Source: an uncultured Gemmataceae bacterium
GTDB lineage: Bacteria > Planctomycetota > Planctomycetia > Gemmatales > Gemmataceae
Direction of reading: 5' to 3'
Length of the DNA: 64,000 nucleotides
Assembly: GCA_963750165.1 (NCBI GenBank)
Contig: CAVVPN010000012.1
Span: 608,001 to 672,000, forward strand
Part shown: piece after piece, positions 54,884-64,000 of the stretch
Layout: each line of letters opens with the position of its first letter
How positions within the stretch are numbered: the stretch's first letter is position 1
Program-made: the position numbers and the translations under genes
The notes under the pieces: generated by a model
What the model was told of the DNA's origin: nothing
The model's database searches: none
What the model saw: only the letters and a program-made list of their open reading frames with translations

Positions 54884-56017
54884 ATGGCGCGACAACGCTG
54901 GGCAGCGGTGGTGGCGACGTTGCTGGGGTGCCTGGTCCTGCCAGTTACCGTCAGCGGCGATGAGGCCACGGCGACGGAGGCAATCAACAAGTTGAAGGGC
55001 TCGGTCCAGGTGGATGCCAAACGACCCGGCAAGCCCGTCGTCGGCGTGCGCCTCGACTTCACGGAGGTGACGGACGAGAGGCTTAAGGTGCTCAAGGATC
55101 TGCAGAGCCTGGAGTCGCTGGAACTTTATCAAACCCGGGTTACTGACGCAGGGCTGAAGACCATCCGGGAACTTAAGCACCTGCAACGACTGGGGCTCGG
55201 CAGCACGCGCGTCACAGACGCGGGCCTCAAGGAACTGGCCCCCCTGGAGCGGCTGCGGAGCCTGAACCTCACCCTCACGGCAGTGACCGGTTCCGGCCTG
55301 AAACACCTCACGCCGCTGAAGGAACTCCAGACGCTTTACCTTCAGGGGACGCAGGTTAACGACGACGCCCTCAAGGAACTGGCCGCCCTCAAGGGAATCC
55401 GATCGCTGGACCTCAGAGACACCCAGGTAACGGACGCCGGCCTCAAGGAACTGGCCGCACTGCCGCAACTGGAAGGCCTGGACCTTGGCAGCGCGGGCAT
55501 TGGGGGAGAGGTGTTTACGCGAATCACGGATGCGGGCCTCAAGCACGTGGCCGCTCTCAAGCGACTCCGCTTTCTGAACCTGGGCCGAACCAAGGTCACG
55601 GATGCCGGGCTGAAGGAGTTAACGGGGCTGAAGGGCCTGCAAACACTGTCGCTCGCCTTCACCAAAGTTACCGACGCAGGGTTGAACGAGTTGAAAGGAT
55701 TCAGGAGTTTGCAGACGTTGCACCTTCAGAAAACCCGCATTACCGACGTGGGCCTGAAAGCGGTGGCGGAATTGAAGGACCTGCAGACGCTCGTTCTGTT
55801 CGACACCCCGATTACCGACGCGGGGCTGAAGGAATTGCGTCAACTCACCAAGCTGCAAACCCTTTCTCTCAGCAGCACCCGGGTCACGGACGCAGGGTTG
55901 GAGCACCTGAACGGCCTCACGAATTTGCAAGAACTGTCCCTCGTTGGCACCCAGGTCACGGACGCGGGGGCCAATGCATTCAAGGCAGCGCGCCCCAAGC
56001 TTCGGATTATTCGCTAA
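54884..56017 (+). CDS. Secreted leucine-rich repeat protein
   Basis: GGAGG RBS, signal peptide, many 24-aa TxVTDAGLKEL repeats. Confidence 0.9.
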   Translation: MARQRWAAVVATLLGCLVLPVTVSGDEATATEAINKLKGSVQVDAKRPGKPVVGVRLDFTEVTDERLKVLKDLQSLESLELYQTRVTDAGLKTIRELKHLQRLGLGSTRVTDAGLKELAPLERLRSLNLTLTAVTGSGLKHLTPLKELQTLYLQGTQVNDDALKELAALKGIRSLDLRDTQVTDAGLKELAALPQLEGLDLGSAGIGGEVFTRITDAGLKHVAALKRLRFLNLGRTKVTDAGLKELTGLKGLQTLSLAFTKVTDAGLNELKGFRSLQTLHLQKTRITDVGLKAVAELKDLQTLVLFDTPITDAGLKELRQLTKLQTLSLSSTRVTDAGLEHLNGLTNLQELSLVGTQVTDAGANAFKAARPKLRIIR

Positions 56018-56099
56018 CGGTTGTGGCGGCATGAGGCGGGCGGACGCCGCGCCGCTCACCTCATGCCGCCACACTTTTGAACCAGGGTCGCGAACCGCT

Positions 56100-57644
56100 T
56101 CACTTGCCCTTCGTGAGCGTGACCTGGTCCAGCACGTCGCCGTTGGCGCCGACAGCCCGCAGTTCCAGCTGCTCCGGCGCCAGATCCAGCACCACGAACG
56201 AGTGCCGATCCACGATCATCTTCGCCGTGTACTCGACGTAATTGTTCTCCTTGTAGGTTTTCTTAAGATACGGCAGCGTCTTCTCAATGCCGGGGCCATA
56301 CAGGCTGGCGCCGCCGCCGCCCGCGACAATGTGAATCACGCCCTGCGCCTGCGTCACCTTCTTGCCGTCAAAGGCGGTATCCAGCGTGAACGTGCCGTTG
56401 ACCTTGCCCTTGACCAGGCCCTTGCCGTCCGGGGCAAACTTGAGCGGCACCGTGCGCTGGTAGTTGTGGACGTGGCCGCCAAAGGTCAGGTCCACGCCGC
56501 ACTCCTCGAACAGCGGCTGCAACGTCCGGACCTGCTGCTCGGCGTAGTGCGACTTGGAACTCTGGAAGCCCGGCTGGTGAAAGCACACGATCTTCCATTT
56601 CGCGCTGGTCCCTTGCAGGTCGGCCCGCAGCCACTTCAAGAAGGCCGGATCATGAATCGCCATGCCCTTGTTGACGTTGAGCACCGCGAAGTGCGCCGGG
56701 CCGTAGTCGAAGGAGTAGGCGTCCATGTTGGGGTAGCTGTCGGCCGCGGCGGCGCGGAACTTCGCGGCCACCGCCTCGTTGTCGCCGAGCTTCGTCGCCC
56801 ACGGCCCCTCACCCGGGCCGCCCTTCGGCGGCGCGAAGAACAGGTAGGCCGCCAGCGCGTCCGGCACCGCCGGCAGTTTGGCGCCGATGTCGTGGTTGCC
56901 GAGCACCGGGTAGAACGGCACTGTCGCCATCAGCGGCGCACCCGTCTTCGGACTCGGGTCCTTCACGTCGTTATACGTCGGCCAGAAGTACGCCATGTAC
57001 TGGATGGCGCGGCCGGTCGGATACACGATGTCGCCCAGCGCCACCAGGAAATCCGGCTTTTGCTGGCTGATCTGGTACGCGATCGGTTGCTGATACAGCC
57101 GCCCCTGAGCCATGTCGCCGACCAGCACGCAGCGCACCGACTTGTCCGCCGTGGCCCGCGTGCGGAACGTTGCCTCGCGCACCACCTTGACGCCGAGCTT
57201 CACCCGGTAGCGCACGGCGCTGTTGAACGGCAGGCCGCCCAGGTGCGCCGTGTAGCGGAAGTAGTGCTGCTCCTTCTCCGGCAGCGGCGGCACCTTGGGC
57301 TCCTTCTTTTCCTGCGGCTCCTCTTCGACCTTGGGCTTCTTGACTTCCTTCGCGGGCTCCTTGTCCTTGACCTTCTTGGGTTTGTAGGCCGCGAAGTCCA
57401 GGGCGATGCGCTCCACCTTGGCGGTGCGCGTCGGGCCGTCGCCGACGGTGTATTCCACCACGAACGCGCCCGGCGTCTGGTCGGTCAACCAGCGAAGGAC
57501 TTTCACGTCCGAGCCGGTCAGTGTGCGGCCGTCGCCGGGCTGCACGTAGGGCAGGACCAGGACGGTTTGTGCAGACGCCGGCAGCCAGGTCAGGGCAGTC
57601 AGCACCGCGGCGGCGAAACCGCGCAGCAGGAGGGTGCGGCTCAT
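56100..57644 (-). CDS. Secreted metallophosphoesterase (purple acid phosphatase-like)
   Basis: GDMA, GDIVY, GNHD, GHVHNY. Confidence 0.88.
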   Translation of the reverse strand: MSRTLLLRGFAAAVLTALTWLPASAQTVLVLPYVQPGDGRTLTGSDVKVLRWLTDQTPGAFVVEYTVGDGPTRTAKVERIALDFAAYKPKKVKDKEPAKEVKKPKVEEEPQEKKEPKVPPLPEKEQHYFRYTAHLGGLPFNSAVRYRVKLGVKVVREATFRTRATADKSVRCVLVGDMAQGRLYQQPIAYQISQQKPDFLVALGDIVYPTGRAIQYMAYFWPTYNDVKDPSPKTGAPLMATVPFYPVLGNHDIGAKLPAVPDALAAYLFFAPPKGGPGEGPWATKLGDNEAVAAKFRAAAADSYPNMDAYSFDYGPAHFAVLNVNKGMAIHDPAFLKWLRADLQGTSAKWKIVCFHQPGFQSSKSHYAEQQVRTLQPLFEECGVDLTFGGHVHNYQRTVPLKFAPDGKGLVKGKVNGTFTLDTAFDGKKVTQAQGVIHIVAGGGGASLYGPGIEKTLPYLKKTYKENNYVEYTAKMIVDRHSFVVLDLAPEQLELRAVGANGDVLDQVTLTKGK

Positions 57645-57825
57645 TGCGCGTCAACTCCAGAAGAGAGGGGTGAGAAAAAAGCTCCCGTGTGGTTGTAATA
57701 GGAATGTGTGAGGAAATGTCGAATTCGCTGTGAAAACGCGGCGTGGGGAACGGCCGCTTGACCGCCGCGACTCCAACCGGTAACACAACGGGACAGCTTT
57801 CCCCGACTCTCCCTGGAGGCGCACC

Positions 57826-59073
<1,248 letters not shown>

Positions 59074-59089
59074 CAGTAGGAGAGCAGGA

Positions 59090-60118
59090 ATGAAGGCGTT
59101 ACAACTGGAGGCCCCGCAGCGCTGGAAGCGCATCGAGGTGGACGCGCCGGCGCGGCCGGGGCCGGGCGAGGCACTGGTGCGCGTCCACCGCGTCGGCATC
59201 TGCGGCACGGACATCAGCGGCTATCTCGGCAAGATGCCTTTCTTCAGCTACCCGCGCATCCCCGGTCACGAGCTGGGCGTCGAGGTGGTCGAGGTCGGCG
59301 CCGGCGTGGACAACGTGCGGCCCGGCGACCGCTGCTCCGTCGAGCCGTACATCAACTGTCAGAAGTGCTACTCCTGCACACGCGGCCACACCAATTGCTG
59401 CGAACACCATCAGACGCTCGGCGTCCACTGCGACGGCGGGCTGCGGCCGCAGTTTCTGGTGCCCGCCCGGAAGCTGCACGTCTCGCGCACGCTGAGCTTC
59501 GAGCAACTGGCGTTGGTGGAGACGCTGGCGATCGGCTGTCACGCGATCAACCGCGGCAAGCCGCAGTCGGGCGAACACGTGCTCGTGCTCGGTGCCGGCC
59601 CCATCGGGCTGTCGGTGATCGAGTTTGCGAAGCTCACGGGGGCGCGCACCATCGTCATGGACATGAACGAGCAACGGCTGGCCTTCGTGCGCAACGCCAT
59701 GAAGGTGCCGGACACCATGCTGGTCAAGGGCGATGGCTCGGAGCTGACGGCGTTCACGGAACTGACGGGTGGCAAACTCGGCCAGGTGGTCGTGGACGCG
59801 ACCGGCAGCAACAGGTCGATGGGCCACGCCTTGAATTACGTCGGGTTCGCGGGCCGGCTGGTGTTCGTCGGCATCACGACGCAGGAGATCAGTTTCCCGC
59901 ACCCGCTGATGCACCGCCGCGAGATGACGCTGCTGGCCAGCCGCAACGCCCTGACCGCGGACTTCGCCCGCATCATCCAGTTGATCGAGGACGGACGGAT
60001 TGACACGCGGCCGTGGATCACGCACCGGCCGGCGTTCGATGAGCTGATCGAGGTGTTTCCGTCGTACACGCGGCCGGAGACGGGCGTCATCAAGGCGATC
60101 GTGGACGTGGGCGTTTGA
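59090..60118 (+). CDS. Zn-dependent alcohol dehydrogenase (L-galactonate dehydrogenase LgoD/YjjN-like)
   Basis: GICGTD, PGHE, CxxCxxC...C, GAGPIG, SRNA. Confidence 0.85.
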   Translation: MKALQLEAPQRWKRIEVDAPARPGPGEALVRVHRVGICGTDISGYLGKMPFFSYPRIPGHELGVEVVEVGAGVDNVRPGDRCSVEPYINCQKCYSCTRGHTNCCEHHQTLGVHCDGGLRPQFLVPARKLHVSRTLSFEQLALVETLAIGCHAINRGKPQSGEHVLVLGAGPIGLSVIEFAKLTGARTIVMDMNEQRLAFVRNAMKVPDTMLVKGDGSELTAFTELTGGKLGQVVVDATGSNRSMGHALNYVGFAGRLVFVGITTQEISFPHPLMHRREMTLLASRNALTADFARIIQLIEDGRIDTRPWITHRPAFDELIEVFPSYTRPETGVIKAIVDVGV

Positions 60119-60147
60119 CCGCTCGGGCTCGGATGAGGAGAACGCAA

Positions 60148-61296
60148 GTGACTTCGGCACCCGAGACCGTGTTGCAGTTCGGCGCCGGCCGCTTCCTGCG
60201 CGGCTTCGCCGACCGCTTCCTCCAGCAGGCCAACGACCAGGGCCAGCCCGTCGGCCGCGTCGTCATCGTGCAGTCCACGCCCGGCGCCCGCGCCGACCTG
60301 CTCAACAGCCAGCCGGACGGCTATCACGTCCTGGTGCGCGGCATCGAGGACGGCGCAACCGTCGAGCGCGTCGAGCCGGTGCGCTGCGTCAGCCGGGCGC
60401 TGGCGGCCGACGGCCAGTGGGAGCAGGTGCTGGCGCTGGCGCGGTCGCCGCAGTTGCGCTACGTCATTTCCAACTCAACCGAATCGGGCTTCAACCTGGA
60501 ACCGGGTGACGAACTGAGCGCGGCGCCGCCGCGGTCGCTGCCGGCCAAACTGACACAACTGCTATGGCACCGCTTCCAGGCGGGGGGCCGGCCGCTCGTG
60601 CTGCTGCCCTGCGAACTCATCGAACGCAACGCCGACAAGCTGCGCGAGCTGGTCGTCCAGCTGGCCAGGCAGTGGGGTCTGCCGGAGAAGTTCGCGGCCT
60701 GGGTGCGCGAGCAGTGCGTCTGGCCGTGCAGCCTGGTCGATTGCATCATCACCGACCCGCAGCCGCACGAACACCCGCTGACCGCCAGTGACAGGCTGCT
60801 CGTCTGCGCCGAGCCCTACGCGCTGTGGGCGCTGGAGCGGCCCGCGTCCGGTCAGCCGGACTTCTTCACGCACCCGGCCATCGAATGGGTCGATGACCTG
60901 GAGCCGTATTTTCTGCGGAAGGTGCGCATCCTGAACGGCCTGCACACTGCTATGGTCTGTCAGTTCTACGGCGCCGGTTACGAGACGGTGCAGGACGTGC
61001 TCGCGGACAAACAGGCGGCCCGCTGGGTGCGCAGCCTGGTCTTCGAGGAGATCGTGCCGACGATTGCGTACCGCGTGCCGGAGGTGGCGGCGTTCGCGGA
61101 CCAGGTGTGGGACCGCCTCCGCAACCCGTTCACCCGACACCTGCTGTCGAACATCGCCAAGATGCACGCCGACAAGGTGCGCGTCCGCCTGGAGACGACG
61201 CGCCAGGAATATGAGCGGCTGTTCGGTAAGTCCCCGCGGCGCCTGACCGAGGCCCTGGCGCGGGGCGACGTTGGCGTGACGGCAGGGCATGCGTAG
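60148..61296 (+). CDS. uxaB: Altronate/tagaturonate oxidoreductase (mannitol dehydrogenase family)
   Basis: LQFGAGRFLRGF, SNSTE, PCELIERN, KVRILNGLH, RLRNPF. Confidence 0.8.
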   Translation: MTSAPETVLQFGAGRFLRGFADRFLQQANDQGQPVGRVVIVQSTPGARADLLNSQPDGYHVLVRGIEDGATVERVEPVRCVSRALAADGQWEQVLALARSPQLRYVISNSTESGFNLEPGDELSAAPPRSLPAKLTQLLWHRFQAGGRPLVLLPCELIERNADKLRELVVQLARQWGLPEKFAAWVREQCVWPCSLVDCIITDPQPHEHPLTASDRLLVCAEPYALWALERPASGQPDFFTHPAIEWVDDLEPYFLRKVRILNGLHTAMVCQFYGAGYETVQDVLADKQAARWVRSLVFEEIVPTIAYRVPEVAAFADQVWDRLRNPFTRHLLSNIAKMHADKVRVRLETTRQEYERLFGKSPRRLTEALARGDVGVTAGHA

Positions 61297-61322
61297 CACT
61301 AAAACCCCGGAGAGGTCGTCCC

Positions 61323-64000
61323 ATGTCCCCCTCAGCCCAGCCCCCGGATGAGCAGGTCACGCAGGCGCCGCCCGCCCAGGAGCCGTGTCAAACGATCTCG
61401 TTTGAACCCGTTCCCAATCAGCCCACCCTGGACGGGCACCCGCAAGCCGGCGCTGCGGCGAGTGCGGACGGGGCTGTGCCGGGTTACGAGCTGCTCGGCG
61501 AACTGGGGCGCGGCGCCATGGGCGTGGTCTACCGGGCGCGGCAGACGCAGTTGAATCGCGTCGTCGCCCTGAAGATGGTCCTGAGCGGTGCCCACGCCTC
61601 CCAGGCCGAGGTCCAGCGCTTCCTGTCCGAGGCGGCGGCGGTGGCGCGGATGCAGCACCCGAACATCGTGCAGATCTTCGAGACGGGCCAGCACCACGGC
61701 CTGCCGTACTTCTCGCTGGAGTTTGTGGACGGCGGCAGTCTCGCGGCGAAGCTCGGCGGCAAGCCGTTGCCGGCCGCGGACGCGGCGCGGCTGGTCGAGG
61801 CGCTGGCCCGGGGCATCCATTACGCGCACCAGCAGGGCGTGGTGCACCGCGACCTGAAGCCGGCCAACGTGCTGCTGACGCAGGACGGCACGCCCAAGAT
61901 CGCCGACTTCGGCCTGGCGAAGCAACTCGAGAGTAACTCCGGCCTGACCGGGACCAACGCGGTCATGGGCACGCCGTCGTACATGGCCCCGGAGCAAGCG
62001 GGCGGCCAGAGCAGCCAGGTGGGGCCGGCGGCGGACACGTACGCGCTGGGGGCCATCCTGTACGAGTGTTTGACGGGCCGCCCGCCGTTCCTGGCGGCGG
62101 CGCCGATGGACACGGTGCTCCAGGTGCTGCGCGACGAGCCGGTGCCGCCGCGGCAGCTGCAGTCCCGGACGCCGCGCGACCTGGAGACGGTCTGTCTGAA
62201 GTGTCTGCGCAAGGAGCCGGAGCGGCGCTACGCCAGCGCCCTGGAACTGGCTGAGGACCTGCGCCGCTACTCGGCGGGCGAGCCGATCCTGGCCCGGCCG
62301 GCGGGGTCAGTGGAACGGCTGTGGCGCTGGGGCAAGCGCAAACCCGCCCTGGCCGCCGCCGGTGCCGCCATCGTGCTCGCCGTGCTGACCGCCCTGGTCA
62401 CCGTCACGGTGGCATATTTCCTGGTCCGAGAGTCGCGCGACGAGGCGGTAGAGTTGGCGGGTCAGAAGGAGCGACTGGCGATCGCGGAGCAAAAGGCTCG
62501 AAAGGATGCCGACACGCGCCGCACGGAAGCGGAACAGCTGGCGGAGGCCAACAAACGGCTGGCCGGGCAGGAAGCGGCGGCCCGCCGTCACGCCGAGAAA
62601 CTGGCGCTCCGGGCTCGGTTCGATTACTTTTATCACCTGAGTAAAGAGGATGTGGCCGTCGGCATGGTCGGCACCGCCAAACTCCTTCCGGAGACGGTGA
62701 CCCTGAACGACCAGCCCCTGGCGGACTCGATGCGGCTTCATCTCGATGGCTGGGGCCAGGGATTGCACCGCCTCCGGGCAGTTTTTTCTCACAAATACGC
62801 GGTCCACGCCGTGGCGTTTAGCCCGAACGGCAAGGCCGTGCTCACCGGGAGTGAAGACGGGACGGCGCGGCTGTGGGACCCGGCCACCGGCCAGGCCATC
62901 GGCCAGCCCCTGCGGCACCAGGGTATGGTTTGCGCCGTGGCGTTTAGCCCGAACGGCAAGGCCGCACTGACCGCGAGCTTGGACAAGACGGCGCGGCTGT
63001 GGGACCTGGCCACCGGCCAGGCCATTGGCCAGCCCCTGCGACACCAGGGCGGGGTTTGCGCCGTGGCGTTTAGCCCGGACGGCAAGGCCGCGCTCACCGG
63101 AAGCTTTGACCAGACGGCGCGGCTGTGGGATCTGGCCACTTGCCAGGCCATCGGCCAGCCCCTGCGACACCAGGGCGCGGTTTCCGCCGTGGCCTTCCGC
63201 CCGGACGGCAAAGCCGCGCTAACCGGGGACTACGACAAGACGGCGCAGTTATGGGACCTGGCCACCGGCCAGGCCATCGGCCAACCCCTGCGGCAACCGA
63301 GCTGGGTTTCCGCCGTGGCGTTCCTCCCGGGCGGCAAGGCCGCGCTCACCGTGAGTTCAGACGGGACGGCGCAGTTATGGGACCTGGCCACCGGCAAAGC
63401 CACCGGCCAGCCCCTGCGGCACCAGGGCACGGTTTCCGCCGTGGCGTTCCGCCCAGACGGCAAGGCCGCGCTCACAGCGGGCTTTGACGGGACGGCGCAG
63501 TTATGGGACCTGGCCACCGGCCAGGCCATCGGCCAGCCCCTGCGGCATCAAGGCGCGGTTTCCGCCGCGGCCTTCCGCCCGGACGGCAAGGCCGTGCTCA
63601 CCGGGAGTGAAGACCGGACGGCGCGGCTGTGGGACTTGGCCACCGGCCAGCCCACCGGCCAGCCCCTGCGACACCCGGGCGGGGTTTCCGCCGCGGCCTT
63701 CCGCCCGGACGGCAAGGCCGCGCTCACCGGTGGGAGGGGCAAGACGGCGCGGCTGTGGGATCTGGCCACCGGCCAGGCCATTGGCCAGCCCCTGCGGCAC
63801 CCGGGCACGGTTTCCGCCCTGGCCTTCTGCCCGGATGGCAAGGCCGTACTGACCGCGAGTTCGGACAAGACGGCGCGGCTGTGGGATCTGGCCACCGGCC
63901 AGGCCATTGGCCAGCCCCTGCGGCACCCGGGCTCGGTTTCCGCCCTGGCCTTCCGCCCGGATGGCAAGGCCGCGCTCACCGCGAGTTCGGACGGGAAGGC
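61323..64000 (+). CDS. Ser/Thr protein kinase with hydrophobic segment and WD40 repeats; runs off the window (absent from the ORF track)
   Basis: LGRGAMGVVY, VALK, HRDLKPAN, DFGLAK, GTPSYMAPE; WD units in the same frame. Confidence 0.92.
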   Translation, partial: MSPSAQPPDEQVTQAPPAQEPCQTISFEPVPNQPTLDGHPQAGAAASADGAVPGYELLGELGRGAMGVVYRARQTQLNRVVALKMVLSGAHASQAEVQRFLSEAAAVARMQHPNIVQIFETGQHHGLPYFSLEFVDGGSLAAKLGGKPLPAADAARLVEALARGIHYAHQQGVVHRDLKPANVLLTQDGTPKIADFGLAKQLESNSGLTGTNAVMGTPSYMAPEQAGGQSSQVGPAADTYALGAILYECLTGRPPFLAAAPMDTVLQVLRDEPVPPRQLQSRTPRDLETVCLKCLRKEPERRYASALELAEDLRRYSAGEPILARPAGSVERLWRWGKRKPALAAAGAAIVLAVLTALVTVTVAYFLVRESRDEAVELAGQKERLAIAEQKARKDADTRRTEAEQLAEANKRLAGQEAAARRHAEKLALRARFDYFYHLSKEDVAVGMVGTAKLLPETVTLNDQPLADSMRLHLDGWGQGLHRLRAVFSHKYAVHAVAFSPNGKAVLTGSEDGTARLWDPATGQAIGQPLRHQGMVCAVAFSPNGKAALTASLDKTARLWDLATGQAIGQPLRHQGGVCAVAFSPDGKAALTGSFDQTARLWDLATCQAIGQPLRHQGAVSAVAFRPDGKAALTGDYDKTAQLWDLATGQAIGQPLRQPSWVSAVAFLPGGKAALTVSSDGTAQLWDLATGKATGQPLRHQGTVSAVAFRPDGKAALTAGFDGTAQLWDLATGQAIGQPLRHQGAVSAAAFRPDGKAVLTGSEDRTARLWDLATGQPTGQPLRHPGGVSAAAFRPDGKAALTGGRGKTARLWDLATGQAIGQPLRHPGTVSALAFCPDGKAVLTASSDKTARLWDLATGQAIGQPLRHPGSVSALAFRPDGKAALTASSDGK
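62790..64000 (+). repeat. 126-bp tandem DNA repeats encoding 42-aa WD40 units (about 10 in window)
   Basis: Equivalent positions recur at 62811, 62937, 63063 ... 63945. Confidence 0.9.

Noticed and set aside
53400..56000. 72-bp periodicity as a non-coding array or DGR target
   Set aside because: Explained by 24-aa LRR coding; no reverse transcriptase or adenine-specific template/variable pair seen
56012..56072. CGCTAAC plus hairpin after the second LRR gene as an attC site
   Set aside because: No matching GTT core at the right end; more simply a terminator-like hairpin between convergent genes
62790..64000. Regular repeats as a CRISPR array
   Set aside because: Contiguous 126-bp coding units with no unique spacers and no cas genes

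Overview
High-GC bacterial chromosomal DNA, very likely from a planctomycete (Gemmataceae-like). The evidence is a DUF1549/DUF1553 + DUF1501 pair, DUF1559 prepilin-like genes, an 'LEDR'-signal exoprotein, LRR proteins and a Ser/Thr kinase-WD40 protein. Housekeeping genes include rsgA, a Tat-signal MnSOD, ppdK, aceE, an in-frame nth-ung fusion and the rpmJ-rpsM-rpsK-rpsD-rpoA-rplQ operon. These alternate with short accessory islets full of deleted gene fragments. Several conserved genes carry single-base frameshifts that look like consensus or sequencing errors. Most notable observations: (1) tandem Rpn/YhgA-like nuclease genes with an internal GGAGG-ATG start for the C-terminal domain, where the second copy has lost its nuclease core but keeps a divergent small C-terminal ORF; (2) a recurring pattern of destroyed toxins next to intact antitoxins; (3) an unannotated ~290-nt structured + strand unit with a promoter-like site and an intrinsic terminator, lying between two - strand genes; (4) many palindromic REP-like and inverted-heptamer elements, including four consecutive positions in and after the alpha ribosomal operon; (5) degenerate attC-like sites. 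No rRNA, tRNA, CRISPR array, integrase or intact IS was seen. All product calls come from motif recognition by eye, not from database searches.
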